Below are positions 34,842-48,700 of a stretch of DNA of 64,000 nucleotides, piece after piece. The translations under genes and the position numbers were made by a program. The DNA comes from Paraphysomonas bandaiensis (Eukaryota; Protista; Chrysophyceae): the NCBI GenBank assembly GCA_965644295.1, contig CBFFRP010000395.1, positions 214,825 through 278,824 of the forward strand, written 5' to 3'. A model generated the notes under the pieces. The model was not told where the DNA came from. It worked only from the letters and a program-made list of their open reading frames with translations, and did no database searches. How positions within the stretch are numbered: position 1 is the first letter of the stretch; each line of letters opens with the position of its first letter.

Positions 34842-36318
34842 TCAAGAACAACTCTCGGTGGCCTCTACATCCCTTGTAATGTGTGAATAATCATTATTCA
34901 AACATTGAGCATTGACGTTCGAAAATGATTTCTTCCGCATACGAATTTCCTGAATCGTAAAGTTGTTACCTATAAAGCGCATTTTCCACGATGAGAATAT
35001 AAATAAAATGATAACAACTGCATCGTCACCTACCTTCCTCCCAATACCATGAGTGAATGCCTTCACAACACCGATGACAGTACAGCGATGGTGAGCAGAC
35101 ATCTATATCAAAATGACTGTCTGTGTCTTGTCCTGAAAATTTCAAGCAGTGACAGGATACATGCATAAAATCTGCTGAGCTAAACTTCGTACGTTTCCGT
35201 TGTGCCAAGACATCCAATCTTTCTTCTCGAGTTAACCCACGAATATCGAGCATGTCTTGTTCCCATAGTCTCGTTTCAGTCCAGCTGTTCACTGCAAATA
35301 GATTGTAGCCACATATGTTAATATGGATGGGCACGCAGAACCACCAGAAATTCACTGATGCTTTAAAAATATTTAAAAGAAATGGGAACATGATCCCATT
35401 CCATAGAAAAAGAGCTAGGGAAGAAAGGTCGTCCCCTTCATCCTTTCGATTGCCAAGGACCATAGCAGTGATAACAAGGCAGATGATCAAGAAAGCCAAT
35501 AGAGGAAACGCTAAAAACCCACCTAGAACTCGTAAAAAGGCACGACAACCTTTTTTCGTAACGTTGCCTTTTGTTGTTTTCATAGAGTCCGAAGTTTGCG
35601 AGTCATTGTATTCATTCTCAAGATTCGACTCCTCTGAGTCCAAGCAAGGGCATAAAAGCATATTCTGCAACCAATATTCAATCACCAAGATTACAGGACT
35701 CATCAAAATCCCAAAAATTTGGCGAACTGTATAGTCTTCAATCAACAGAAACAACATCAAAGTAAACGCCTGAGCAGTGCAATACACAACAAATCGAGCA
35801 GATAGAGTCTCTGGGTGGTCCTTGTCACCAAACACAAATGGGAGAGGGTTCACGTTATTAAAGATATAAAATAAGAAATCTTCAAATAGCCCTGCAGGCA
35901 TCGTAAAGCAACGTGACTTTCCACTTGGTAAAATAATATCTTCAATGCCCCAAAATACATGTAAATTTTGTAATGCATGACGAAAATAAGAATTAATAGT
36001 TTCATCAGAATTTAATGATATTGTATCATATATGAATTTGTTCTCTATAACACCAGTATTCGTTGCAGCCTCAGTTAACATGCGTATAGATTTAGCTTTA
36101 ATACTATGTCTGGAATCCTCAATATAACATGCAACAATGTGTTCTCTTCCTGCTGTGATAAACTTTTTAGCACTAGATGCTAATTGTACTTCAATTCGAT
36201 GTTGTTGAGATATAGTGTGTCTCCTCCAATAGCCAAGCAGAAGAGATATGGTTGGTACACCACATATGAGGACAATCAATGCAATGAATAATCCAAATAC
36301 TGTTCCTCCATCTGCCAT
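34842..36318 (-). CDS. Uncharacterised multi-pass membrane protein (probable short 3' intron around 34971-35033)
   Basis: 430-aa ORF with an N-terminal TM segment and about 4 further hydrophobic segments. A GTAGGT donor at the ORF end plausibly splices to ORF 34842-35102. Confidence 0.65.
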
Positions 36319-36635
36319 ATTGATATGAATTGTATGTATTATATATGAAGAGCTATATGTTTGTATATAATTATGTTAAGATGGAAGATTATGTATGCTG
36401 AGATGTGTACTGCACTATGTCCCATTTTGACCAAGAAGAGGCCTGATACATACGCACATTGGACACTGATACAGGACATTTCATACATAATTTTTATGTA
36501 GTGCTGGACATGTACACAGCACAGGATTGGCAAATTTTGGACTTTTTCTCATAAAATGTACAATATTAGTATTTTCATGATGAAAAAATGCTATTTTTAA
36601 TTGTCTTTCATTGATCCAAAATAAAGCCAGTGGCT

Positions 36636-37061
36636 GGCCCCTACAAGGTGCATGTCGGCCCCTACAAGGTCCTTGCTGGCCCCTACAAGGTCCTTGCTGG
36701 CCCCTACAAGGTGCATGTCGGCCCCTACAAGGTCCTTGCTGGCCCCTACAAGGTGCTTGCTGGCCCCTACAAGGTGCATGTCGGCCCCTACAAGGTCCTT
36801 GCTGGCCCCTACAAGGTCCTTGCTGGCCCCTACAAGGTGCTTGCTGGCCCCTACAAGGTCCTTGCTGGCCCCTACAAGGTGCTTGTTGGCCCCTACAAGG
36901 TGCATGTCGGCCCCTACAAGGTCCTTGCTGGCCCCTACAAGGTGCTTGCTGGCCCCTACAAGGTGCTTGCTGGCCCCTACAAGGTGCATGTCGGCCCCTA
37001 CAAGGTACCTGCTGGTCCCTACAAGGTGCGTCCGTTTGAAATCTAGATCCTTGTAGGGGCC
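36636..37061. repeat. 19 x 21-bp minisatellite (GGCCCCTACAAGGT + variable 7 nt) plus one inverted core copy at 37049-37061
   Basis: Core starts at 36636, 36657 ... 37014. CCTTGTAGGGGCC at 37049. Confidence 0.97.
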
Positions 37062-38171
37062 ACCACCCACTGCACATTCCACTATGTACAATGCATACAC
37101 CGCATATATACTTAGCTTTGTCCTGATGTCCTAAAAACTGAGGTTCCATCATAAGATACTTGTCCTAACTTCATCAATCAATGAAAAAGCGGTAAGTAAT
37201 TGGCAAAGTTGGATCTGTGGTATCGAGCGCTGTATTTCAGTACAAGTTCAGGAAGGCAACACCTTGGTACCTTCAGTTGCCCATCGAAATTGATTAGGTT
37301 GAGTCTATAAGTGTCTATTATATATATAGTTCTCTTGACATATTCTTGTACCCATCGTCTTTGTGCTGGAGTATATGCACAATGATAGATTCATAGTTCT
37401 GAAGCGGTGGCGACTGTTACGTAATACTTCTGTAGAAGTTGTATACCCGAGTGTAGTGCAGTCTACTTTAACGAAGCAAGAAGATGACTGTGTGCCCAGA
37501 GGAATATCACAATTTTTACGACAGCGTGTGGTAGGAGGTAGGATGGAGAAAAGAGATAAAACTCACTGATTCCCAATAAAGGCAATCATTGCCAACGAAT
37601 CTTTCTAATAATGTAGACTGTAATCGATTTACTTTAGGCAAAATTACTGTCCATGAATAATTTTACTGGCTATGATATAGTCGACTCTACTGCACCCGAA
37701 TTATTCTTTATGATATGTGTAGTACAAACATATATGCTGCCTATATTCCCTTCCATTTGCTAGTCTTATGGCGCTAACCTTCTTTGGATATTGAATATTC
37801 GCAAGTAGAATGCATGTTCATGAACTGGCGAGAGTGTTGATAAGAAGTAGGGTATTAAACAAGGCGAAAGCCGTTGATAAACCGATAATTTGAAGCTTTG
37901 TAACCATGTTCGGTTCCAAACACAGCTATTTGAAGAAAACATAATACCAACACATTTAAACAATATACTGCGACGATCATGACCACAATGTTAGTTATGA
38001 GTATCATGCATTCACTACTATTTTGATAAATACTGGTATTAAATCGTATAGATACTTTCTGAACGACTCAAAAAATCAAAGCAACGAAATCGGAGTTGCA
38101 AAATGAATTATTTACATGGCTTCCATCACTAACAATATATGTCTAAATTCGAATAAACAACAATCAAACGT

Positions 38172-39150
38172 TCATGTGGACATTTGCATTTTATATATTT
38201 CAGTTTTCCGTCTCCTTGACATTACTTCAGGCGCAGCATCACCTGTCATTCTTGCATATTTCGCAGACATCAAACCAACTTTGTCTTTTTCAGACTGAGC
38301 AACTACAAACTGCCCAGACTCATTCCACCTTCCATCGGCTGAATACACGGTATTATCAATTTTCTTCCACGTCCCAGCTCGAGAAGGTGTTTTACTAATT
38401 CCAAACGCATCCCAGCTCGATGGTGCACTCTGAATGCCACTTCGCTCCATCATTCGTTGGGCAGAACGACGCAATGCTATAGCAGCAAACTTTTTCTCTG
38501 TTATTTCACAATCTTTGTGTACTAAATCGGTGAGCTTGTTTTGCTCAGATTTCAGCGTATTTAACGTCTTCAAAAGTTTTAAATGCTCCATGGCGAGTAG
38601 CTGCTCTGTTGTTAGAGATTTCTTGAGGCGGTCAGTGTAGAAATCCATATTAGGTTCACCAGTCATCTTCCTCACAGTTTCCTTCCGGTCTTTGAAATAC
38701 TTCTGACGCTTCGCTCTCTCACGCCCTCGTTGAAGAGCTAGAACATCAACTTCATTCTGATCAAGCCTATATGGTGAATTCTTGGTCTTTTTCACCCACT
38801 GTGTTATTTGTCTCTGTCTTTCGGCTTCATTTTCCTGTAGTTTGCAATTAAGATTGACACTGACTGAAGACATGAGCTACACACCTTCACCGAATTGTTG
38901 TAGCTCTCGCAAATTTGTTTCTTTAATGTTTGGCTTGCATTCTTAGTTTTGGACATAATGGATTCGGTTTCCTTCATTGCTATAGTAACGACAACGTCAG
39001 TCATGTGAGACATATATATATATATACAGTCCCACCTTTCAACTTAATATCAGGACGAACACCCATTTTCACACCAATATTTCTTTCTTTCAACAATCTA
39101 CTATCTGGTGAGATAGGTGGTACTGGTTTTATATCATGCATTCCTGCCAT
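38172..39150 (-). CDS. Uncharacterised basic coiled-coil protein (multi-exon)
   Basis: 233-aa terminal ORF plus upstream exons from the ATG at 39150. No recognisable domain. Confidence 0.6.
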
Positions 39151-39588
39151 ATCTATTGATAACTATTGAGATCGATGTAACTATAGCTTCTAATGAGACT
39201 ACACTATAACACTGTGATCGAGGCTTGTATTTCTTATATCCGCCTTATATATATGGTACTTATCAATACATCAACAGCATTAAATAGAGATTTTCTATGT
39301 TATTGTTTGTTTAACTCTCTTAAGGTATAATTCTAGATGTGTATGTATAAGTGTGTGTTGTAACTATAGAGATGTACAGTAGACAGGTATGTATGTATGT
39401 ATGTATGTATGTATATGTCATACTGTGTATTGTCCACTGACGAAAGTGAAACCGGCGATATGAATTTTTTTTTGTATATGTGTATATGTATATGTGTATG
39501 AGATGTACCGCATGTGTGCTAGGTATGAATATTGCTGTAAGGTAAGTGTGGATGAAGTCGAAGTTTATTAATATGAAGTGTACAGATC

Positions 39589-39619
<31 letters not shown>

Positions 39620-39835
39620 ATGTATGGACTATAAGGGTTATGTATGATCATATAGTATATATATAAGCTTACAGGCTATATTCATAACTATATCGTACTA
39701 CCCTGTAAAAGCAATTGAAATCATCTCACAGAGGTGTTACTCATTCCATCCTTTCATGTTTCTAGTCTTTCATAATGTCATTTTATAATATATATCTCTT
39801 GTTTTAATAAGTTAACTCAAAGTATAACAAACACT

Positions 39836-42800
39836 ATGTTATCTAAGACAACAGGAAGTAATAGACATGAATATGATCGTCATGAAATCCTTCGTCATAA
39901 TCGGATTACTGCACCTAATCCATTAACAATATTTCCATCAAAACGAGATACACTTACAAGAGCTTTCTTTCAAACAGATGTACCCAAACATATTAGAAAG
40001 AAAGAAGAGAAAGAAAGATGGTTAGATCCAGAGAAGATTACACCTGACTTTGGAGTTAAGGTTAGTGTTGTATTGTGTTTAGGTTGCTGTGGTAAGATGT
40101 ATTTTTTTTTCAGGGAAATAGTGAGGAGGTTATGATTCGTAGATCATATCGACGTGTGGGGTCGAGTCAAGTGTTTGCGCCTGTAAGCAGAGACAACATG
40201 CCTTTGAGTGAGCTTTACCGTAAGAAGCGTGGGACTGACAAGAAATTTGTTCTCGTGGAAGAGGAAAGGCTTTCTGAGCTAACTAAATTCGAGAATATAC
40301 TTCGCGAAGAAAAAGAACGTTTAGGCGAACAATGTGCTTGGGTACTGTCGGATATTCAGACTACAGCTCGCATTCCTGTCCCTGCCATAAGGCTTGCAAT
40401 GCACAACCTTTGCGAGGCAGAGCAGCGTAAGGCTGCGTCTGCTGCGACCAAACTGATTGCAACCTGGAATGAGTATAAAAGGAAGAACGGGTACAATAAG
40501 TCGATGCTGTATATGAGTGAGTCGGTGTTGAAGAGTGCGCCTGTTGGTGAGCGCGCGGCTAAGATGAAGCAGATGAAGATAGCAAACAGCGAATGGCTTT
40601 TAAGGAAAAACCAGGATACAATGTCTTTTGAAGATGATCTCTCACGCCTGAACGAGAAGTATCTCAATGCACAAACAAGACGAAGGGACTACGATAGGTA
40701 CTTTGTGTTAGCCACCCGATATGGAGTGTACACAGAGGAGGAATTTTTTAAAGATAGCAACCCGGGAGACCGGTACTACAAGGCAGTTGTGCGGGCCGCC
40801 GTAATGCTGCAGAAGCTTTGGGCCGTGTACTGGCCTGTCAAGAATATGCGGATGCATCGAGCAGCTCGTTTGTTTCAGACTTTATTCCGTGCCCATGTTG
40901 CGTATAGAATGTGGCACCCTATTATACGCATACGTATTAAAATAGGGAAGCGTGCGCTTTTCAAGCACATGTGGAAGCGCTGGTCGGAATATAATCACTT
41001 GTGCCGCGAAATAAAGGCCGCCATTAGATTTTACCAGGCTAACTGGAGACAGCCATGCTTCTTAGCTTGGAAGGAGTACACACGGATGCGTAAGAATAGA
41101 ACCTCAGACCTGCTCAACAGATTTATACGCCGCATGAAAAATGTCCAGGTAGCAACTGTATACATGCGATGGGTCAATTTTACCAAGCGGTCTCTGAAGA
41201 CGAAGCTCTTCTGCCGACGCCTCCTGTCGAACCCTCACTTCTTCTTCTGGGTAGAATACACCAAAGTTAGAAGACATATAAAGTACCTTGGGAAAAATGC
41301 AACTGTTGTTCAGTCATTGATAAGGCGAGCGTTAGCTAAAAAGCATTACCACCTTGCATCAGAAGGGGTACTTACACTTCAAGGCTTTGCAAGAATTATT
41401 TTTGCGAAAAATGAGAAACGTAGGCGACGAGACATCGTTGTAAAGGCAGAGTTCGATAAATGGTTGCCAGAGGAAATGGAGACCAGAGAGAAGAGAGCGA
41501 ATGAGAAAGAGCGTCGCCGTTTGGTTTGGGAGCAGCAACTAATGCAGGAGAAAGAGTCAATGCTGGTGTTAGACCTCAAGAGACATTTGCGTTCTAAGAA
41601 TGGTAAGTACCAACTTAATCTGGAGGCGGATAAGATTAGGGCTGCTGGTATCCTTGACGAACAGGGTAACAAAATATCTTCGGTTAGTCGCAAGGAAGCT
41701 TTGAAAATGGCTAAGAGTTCTCTCCTCAGTAAGTGTGCAGAGATCGGTCGGTGCATGGGCAAGCATGATTTTAACGCAAAGAGTCCGCCTAATTACCGAT
41801 GTGCCGACAACAGTTGTCGTGCAACATTTGTGACTCCGGAGCAGTACCACAGCCACATGATTCAGAGCACATGCCACGCTGGGAAGGATCCACAGTATTC
41901 CAAGTTCCATGTATCCCTCAAAGTATCCAAGTTTCAGGAGACCGTTGGGGAATATTTTACTAATAAAGAGGGGTTCAGTAATATAGCAAATTGTCTTGAT
42001 CTATGGGTGTCAATACAGGATTGGAAGAAGACCCCGATATCTACCGAGGTATTTGTGCACAAGGCAGTCACAATATACGAGACCTATTTACGAGAGGGCT
42101 GCACGCGACCCACTGGATTGGACCTGTCTTCCCAAAAGGAGACACTGGAGCGCCTCGAGAAGGTGAAATTTCGTGAATTCGAGGGAATGTACAAACTAGA
42201 TAATGGCAAGGTATCATTCTGGCGGTGGCTCTTACGCATGGAAGGGCGACAGTATGAAGCGTGGACCACGGATAACATTGTTCTCTCGGATTGTTATGAT
42301 GAAGTGGAGTGGCTTGCTTTCCGAGCAGTGTTCGACCATGTTCAGAAAACAAATTTCTACTCATCTCCTGCAGGGCTACAGCATCTCAAGGAGGAAGAGG
42401 AAGCCGCTGAACAAAACCACCTCGTATTACTGGACTTATACAAAGATTTTAGATATAGAAATATCATCCACTGGACGAAGGACTTCATACGAATTGAAGC
42501 CAAGATTTCTGAGCGTGCTCTTGAATTTGCCAACTTCTTCTTGGAACAGGAGTGTGAATTACTGGCCCAAGATGGGGCTGACAAAGAGGTCGACCATGCC
42601 ACCTTCCTTGTCATGCATGAGGAACAGAAAGTTCACGAGAATGCAGAACTTATGGCGGACGATATGACCTACTGGACGATGGAAAATATATTAGATGATG
42701 TATACGATCATTTTGCACGGACTGTGGTTGATAAAATGTGGGAAGACTCAGAAAGTAGGAAGACACTTCTCGAGTTCGCGGGATATTTGCACAAGAAACC

Positions 42801-43167
42801 GAAGTCGAGACTTCTGATAAATATGAAAGCCAAAAATCACAGCCACGACTGGTTTAACGAGTTCGTCAACAATGCAATAGCGGATGAAAAAATGGGGTTA
42901 GCTTTAGATTCCGATTCTGCCGCCTTAATTATTCAAAGGCATTGGCGGGGAGTGTTAGGTAGAAACAAGGCTAGAAAAGTGTTTGTTAAAGTATTTGCCA
43001 AAACGTAAGTGCCACGTTTGATTCTCTCTTTTGTTGTTACTAATTCTTTCTGACACAGGTATGATCCATCATCGGGGGCATATTACTACTCGAATTTGAA
43101 TGCCGGTACATCTTCCTGGGAAAGACCTGCTTTTATGGTACACTTGTTTCCGAAAACTTCGTGGTGA
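39836..43167 (+). CDS. Large protein with IQ motifs, Sfi1-like Trp repeats, a C2H2-type finger, an RGS domain and a C-terminal IQ + WW (3 exons)
   Basis: FQTLFRA, VQSLIRR and IQRHWRG IQ motifs. Periodic W..W..Y repeats. YRCADNSCRATF...HSHM. RGS-like NCLDLWVSIQDWK...AVTIYETYL. WW: YDPSSGAYYYSNLNAGTSSWERP. Stop codon at 43165-43167. Confidence 0.78.
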
Positions 43168-43298
43168 TTCTGTCTAGTTGTGATTTTTAAATATCAATGT
43201 GTTTCTACTTTTATTATTATTTTAATAATTTACCGTTGTTGCATTTATTTACAGCTCATAGTTTTATTAGCCCTGACCTCTAGTCATGTGCCGCAAAC

Positions 43299-43720
43299 CA
43301 GGGCTGCATATCAATTAATTGTCAATTAGTTGACACAGGTTGTGGTCAATTATAATTGCAATTATTACTTGCTGTCTCAATTTCAATCATTGCAATTAAT
43401 TGCAATTATTTAGTACTAAAATACACTAGCTGCCAATATAGCTACCTCAACTGTCATTTCATTCCAGAGGCGACGATTCATGCGTAAAAACATAATTAGC
43501 TCTTATAAGTTGAGGAGTCAAGCTCTTGAGCAAGCCCGTCATTACAATCGTAGCTCTACTGAACAACCTTTCAACCTTATTGGTTGTGGCATGCAAGTGT
43601 TTTTTTAAGTCTTGCTCGCGCAAACGTGATAACACTCTACTATTTAACCCCATAATAGTTCAGCATGTTACTAAAACTAGAATTACTATGAAATAGCAAA
43701 CAATACCTTGTTGTCAATTA
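43299..43720 (-). mobile_element. Degenerate hAT remnant
   Basis: CAGGGCTG terminus with TTGCAATTA subterminal motifs. Minus-strand peptide ATTNKVERLFSRATIVMT...KSLTP resembles hATC. The end is homologous to the right end of 58294-58826. Confidence 0.7.
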
Positions 43721-44057
43721 AATAGTGTTAAGCGTTATTTCTTGTATGTGTGATACATTTATTTATAAGAATCAAATAGCAATGTAGTAGAATGGGGATG
43801 GACGTTAGGTTACATATTATATATGTAAATAGATATTACTTAAGAAACTTTTGGTTTGAGCAGTAGTAGTGTAGTAGTTACCATATACTATTATATATTG
43901 CAAGTTAACATCACAACAAAAGAATATTTTGTTAATTTGTTGACTAAACTACTTTTTTTGCCAATACTTGATACTGTTTACATGGCAGATGATTATTCAG
44001 TTTTATATAACTTAGACTGCAATAACAGTCTTCTTGAGGGTGAATATGAGGTTAACA

Positions 44058-44497
44058 CCCTTAACGAAGTCGGACTCGCCCCTTTTCGTGGTGTTCTGGG
44101 GATAAGTACCGGAGATATTTCTTGTATATAGTCAGCAGATATTGTTCTGCCCACTCATAGCCGAATGCTGGAGTGGTACAAGGGACACTTATATAAATGT
44201 CACTTGTATAGACGTCTTTGGGTCTTGACAAATAAACAGGCTTCCGGGGTATTGGGCAGCCAGCTGAAGTCAAGCATCCGGGCTGTTCACCTTAAGGACT
44301 CAAGAATCCTGAAGTCAGCAGATTAGGGTTAGGTGTAACAAAACACTGCTTGCTCACATCGCTTGCTTTGAGTGGTTGCACCTTGGTGCTTGTGGTGACG
44401 CACAAGCAGCTTTCGTAGCGCTAAATAGTAGAATATCAAAGCTAAGAATTGGCTCTTTAACGCCTGTTGCTTGTTGCTTATAATAAGACATTTACTA
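44058..44497 (+). mobile_element. Dispersed repeat family R1, copy C
   Basis: Begins CCCTTAACGAAGTCGGACTC (as in copy E) and ends ...AATAAGACATTTACTA (as in copies A, D and E). Carries internal deletions and an insertion shared with copy D. Confidence 0.9.
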
Positions 44498-45022
44498 AAT
44501 AAAGTTAGAATATCCTTCAATACAGATGTCACGCGCTATTTTTGCAACAATACGATAATCATGCTGTATATGTTGGAAAGGTTGGAGCTTGGATGATTTA
44601 TCCTGCTCCCTATTCCAGGTATTAATAATTGAGATGAAGAACTATACATGAAATATTTACTCCAATGACCGCAGGCGATAGTAGTCACTATCAGATCAAG
44701 CTACATCACTCTATCATAATGCAATTGACACGTATCCTGTAAATGTATCCAAAAGTTAATGTACTGAACTATCTCGTATCACCACAAGCGACCAGTACCA
44801 CTATGCGGTTATATCCTCATGTTATACACACACAGACTGAGAGTGTAATTCAGATAACCCATCCATGACCTTTCGATGAAATATCACTGGGTTGATGGTA
44901 CCAAAGAGACTTGTCCAACCTGTTCCTGCCCCATTTTCAACATTTACCGAAGCAAATAACAAAAGTAATGACTGTGATGCATGTTCATTGCAACTAGACC
45001 ATCCAAAGAATACCGAGTGTAT

Positions 45023-45028
45023 AGGTAC

Positions 45029-45059
<31 letters not shown>

Positions 45060-45152
45060 TGTATGTATGTATGTATGTATGTATGTATGTATGTATGTAT
45101 GTATGTATGTATGTATGTATGTATGTATGTATGTATGTATGTATGTATGTAC

Positions 45153-45183
<31 letters not shown>

Positions 45184-45310
45184 TGTATGTATGTATGTAT
45201 GTATGTATGTATGTATGTATGTATGTATGTATGTATGTATGTATGTATGTATGTATGTATGTATGTATGTATGTATGTATGTATGTATGTATGTGTATGT
45301 ATGTAGGTAC

Positions 45311-45341
<31 letters not shown>

Positions 45342-45476
45342 TGTATGTATGTATGTATGTATGTATGTATGTATGTATGTATGTATGTATGTATGTATGT
45401 ATGTATGTATGTATGTATGTATGTATGTATGTATATATGTATGTATGTATGTATGTATGTGTATGTATGTAGGTAC

Positions 45477-45507
<31 letters not shown>

Positions 45508-45651
45508 TGTATGTATGTATGTATGTATGTATGTATGTATGTATGTATGTATGTATGTATGTATGTATGTATGTATGTATGTATGTATGTATGTATGTAT
45601 GTATGTATGTATGTATGTATGTATGTATGTATGTATGTATGTATGTGTATG
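45023..45651. repeat. (TATG)n microsatellite, about 630 bp, with the marker AGGTACATAT at 45023, 45305 and 45471
   Basis: Directly visible in the sequence. Confidence 0.98.
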
Positions 45652-45773
45652 TTAGTTCTTATGAGTGGGTAAGTGGTCATATAGAAGGTGACCTGCTGCA
45701 TCGATACTCTTCTATATAGCATTATAATGGTTTAACTCTACTTATACAAATCACTTACTATCAAACAATTTCA

Positions 45774-48700
45774 ATGGACCAACTTAGTTGTTCCTTAGAT
45801 GATATTCATATAGATATTAATAAAGATGATGCATATGATTTAAAGAATCAATTATATCATCTGAATGAATCTATAGATAAAGTACATTCTACATGGGCAT
45901 CATTACCACGTTATCCAAATAAAGAAAAATGTGGTAAATATATGCGTACAGGTATATGCCCATATGGTACAAAGTGTAAATATGATCATCCAATCAGAGA
46001 AGCCATCACATATGAAGTTGAAAACAATAATATCTTATATCTTATATATACAACACAACGTTTAATGAGAATATTAAATACATTCTCATATGAAGCTGCT
46101 ATGGATATATTAAGTGGCTTATGTATATTAGTTCAAATACTTGAAGATTATTATCATAGAATTCATTTACATACAAGTTATGGACAGATATGTTGTTTAT
46201 ATGGTGATGTTGTCTTACGTTTATCGCTTGATATTGAAAATTTTTGTTCACCAAAATTAAAACAAAAATCTAGTAGTCCACGTATGAAACGTAAATCAGC
46301 TTTATCAAATAAAGGACATCATCATGTTGATGAGAATATTGATATATTTGTTCAATGTTCACAACGTCTTCAATATTTGAATAAAAAATGGCTGAATTGG
46401 GAAGAAAAATTTCGTTCAGAGACACTTAATTTACTAGAAACTGATACATATTCATCTAATCTTGATAGTGAGACTATAAGTGTTGCTGAGATGGTATTAG
46501 AAGGTTTAACTCAGAGTATTGAAGAGCATGCAACAGAGGCTAAGATATGCAATGATGAGGCTGAAATGGTACGGGAAAAAGTCATACAGAAACTACTGGA
46601 ACTGTTACGAAAAGTGTGGCCAACGGTTGATGATCTAGATCTTGTGCCTTTCGGGTCATGTGCGAACCTGTTAAGCACTTCTGTGAGCGACATGGACTTG
46701 TCCCTTCGCATGCCTACCAGTGTAGACCCCGTGTCAGTGCTGGATCAGGCCGCACAGGTGCTCAGTGGCGCTGGTATAGAAGTTCGAGAGCTTGTAAAGG
46801 AGACACGTGTACCAGTACTCAAGATTCTGGATCCTGACTCTAACATTGAGGTGACTATTTCTTCTAAACTAATCTGCCGCTCTAACTTGTCGATAGGTGG
46901 ACATGGTGGTGAACAATACCCTAGCCATACAGAACACGGCCCTTCTGCGGAGTTATGTTCTTGCTGATAGCTGCGTTCGTCCTCTTGTGCTTGCTGTGAA
47001 GCGGTGGGCTCGTCGAAGGGGTTGTAATGATCCACGGAATGCGACTCTCTCTTCCTACGCTTGGACTCTTATGGTGCTCCATTTTCTCCGCAACCATCCG
47101 TCCCCGGAGTACCGTGTGCCCAGCATCACAGAGGTGATGGACAAACCCTTTACTAATAAGTCGGTATCTCCCTCCCATGAATCGCGTGATTTGGGTCGGC
47201 TGTTGTTACAATTCTTTGCGTACTATGGAACAAGTAGCCCTAATGGTTTCCAACCATTCCACACGATTGTCAGTCTCCGTAACGACAAGCCGGTCTTCAA
47301 GCAGTCATCTCACTTGTACAGTAACGACCGAGACTTGAAATCTGTGGCAGATGTTCTTCCTGAGGGTCCACAATCTGAAGAAAGTTCAGACTCTCGTGGC
47401 CTTCACTCCAACATGGTAGTTCTCTCTAACCCGCCACTGTGGAGGTTCTGCATCGAAGACCCTTTCGAAGAGCATGATCTCGGGAAGGTGATATATTGCG
47501 TGACTGGTCAAGTACACATTATGGATGAAATGAAACGAGCTCTGAATCTCTTCCGACAAGTTATTGAAAAATCGAAGCTTTTGAAGAATGTGAGCATTGC
47601 CGTTGGGGATGACAGTGCCTGCGACTCTTTTACTGCCAACTATTGGAATGAATTATGCCAAGAAAATATGAGCGTGCCTACAGCTGAAAAGACTTGTAGT
47701 CTGTGCGGGCAACAGGGACATTTCATGAGAGATTGCGACCTGATGCGTTGTAATCTGTGTGGCGAGAAAGGACACTTTATGCGGGACTGTATTCGTCTGT
47801 TTTGTAGTAATTGTAGAGAGCAAGGTCACTTTGCACGTGATTGTAAAAAAGAGAAATTATGTAGATTTTGCAAGCAACCGGGACATGTATTTAAAGATTG
47901 TCCCCATCGCATATGTGCAAGGTGTGGGTCGAAATCTCACAACACTGCAAAGTGCAAGATCAAAGCTGAAAATTCCGATGGCATGAAACCCGTTAACTCT
48001 GAGGGGGCAATTACTTCTGGCAAAGTTAGGGTTCCATCTTTGCGAGTTTCGGCAGCGAAAGAGCACAAAGTGCAGCCCCCTCCCTCGGATCTAGTGGATT
48101 CTCCTGTAATAGATAACCAACAAACTGAATCGAAATCTGCAGCTTCCATGATTCTCAACCGAAAAGCTCAGAAGTCCCAATCGAAAAAGAAAAAGAAAAA
48201 ACAAAATTTAGAAGACAAACGGAGAGGAACGAACCCGAATGCCCCACAGATTACCTTGCTTAACCGCGATCGCGGACTCTCGGTATCATCCACCAATTCG
48301 AGCCCTTGCGAAATGCGCCACTCAAAAAACTCTAAACGACTTAGTGAGCGCTTAGCTAATGCGATAACTAATCCTGAAAACAGTGCGAAGTTAGACAAGA
48401 AAGCCCCTGGATCCATACGGCCTGGTGTAACTGAAGTATCAGGGAGCGAGAAATTATGCTTTGATGAAGCCGCATCTACCAAAAGCTCGCTGTCGGAGTT
48501 GAATGTTGCGGCATCTAAAACTGAAATAGGAGGAAATAGGGCATGTCGAAATGATAAGCAGATTTATTTAGGGAAGAAAACAGAACAAATGGTGTCATCA
48601 CAGGCCGCAGTTGAGTTCGATTACTCCCCTGGAGTCGCTGTGTACGAAGATGACAGGAAGGATGCGAGTTTGTCATTGGTAAAAGAACAAAAACCCATTC

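Noticed and set aside
36481-37152. CRISPR array or repeat-protein gene at the 21-bp array
   Set aside because: The variable parts are only 7 nt and recur, the context is eukaryotic and there are no cas genes. ORFs appear on both strands in several frames only because the unit is a stop-free multiple of 3.
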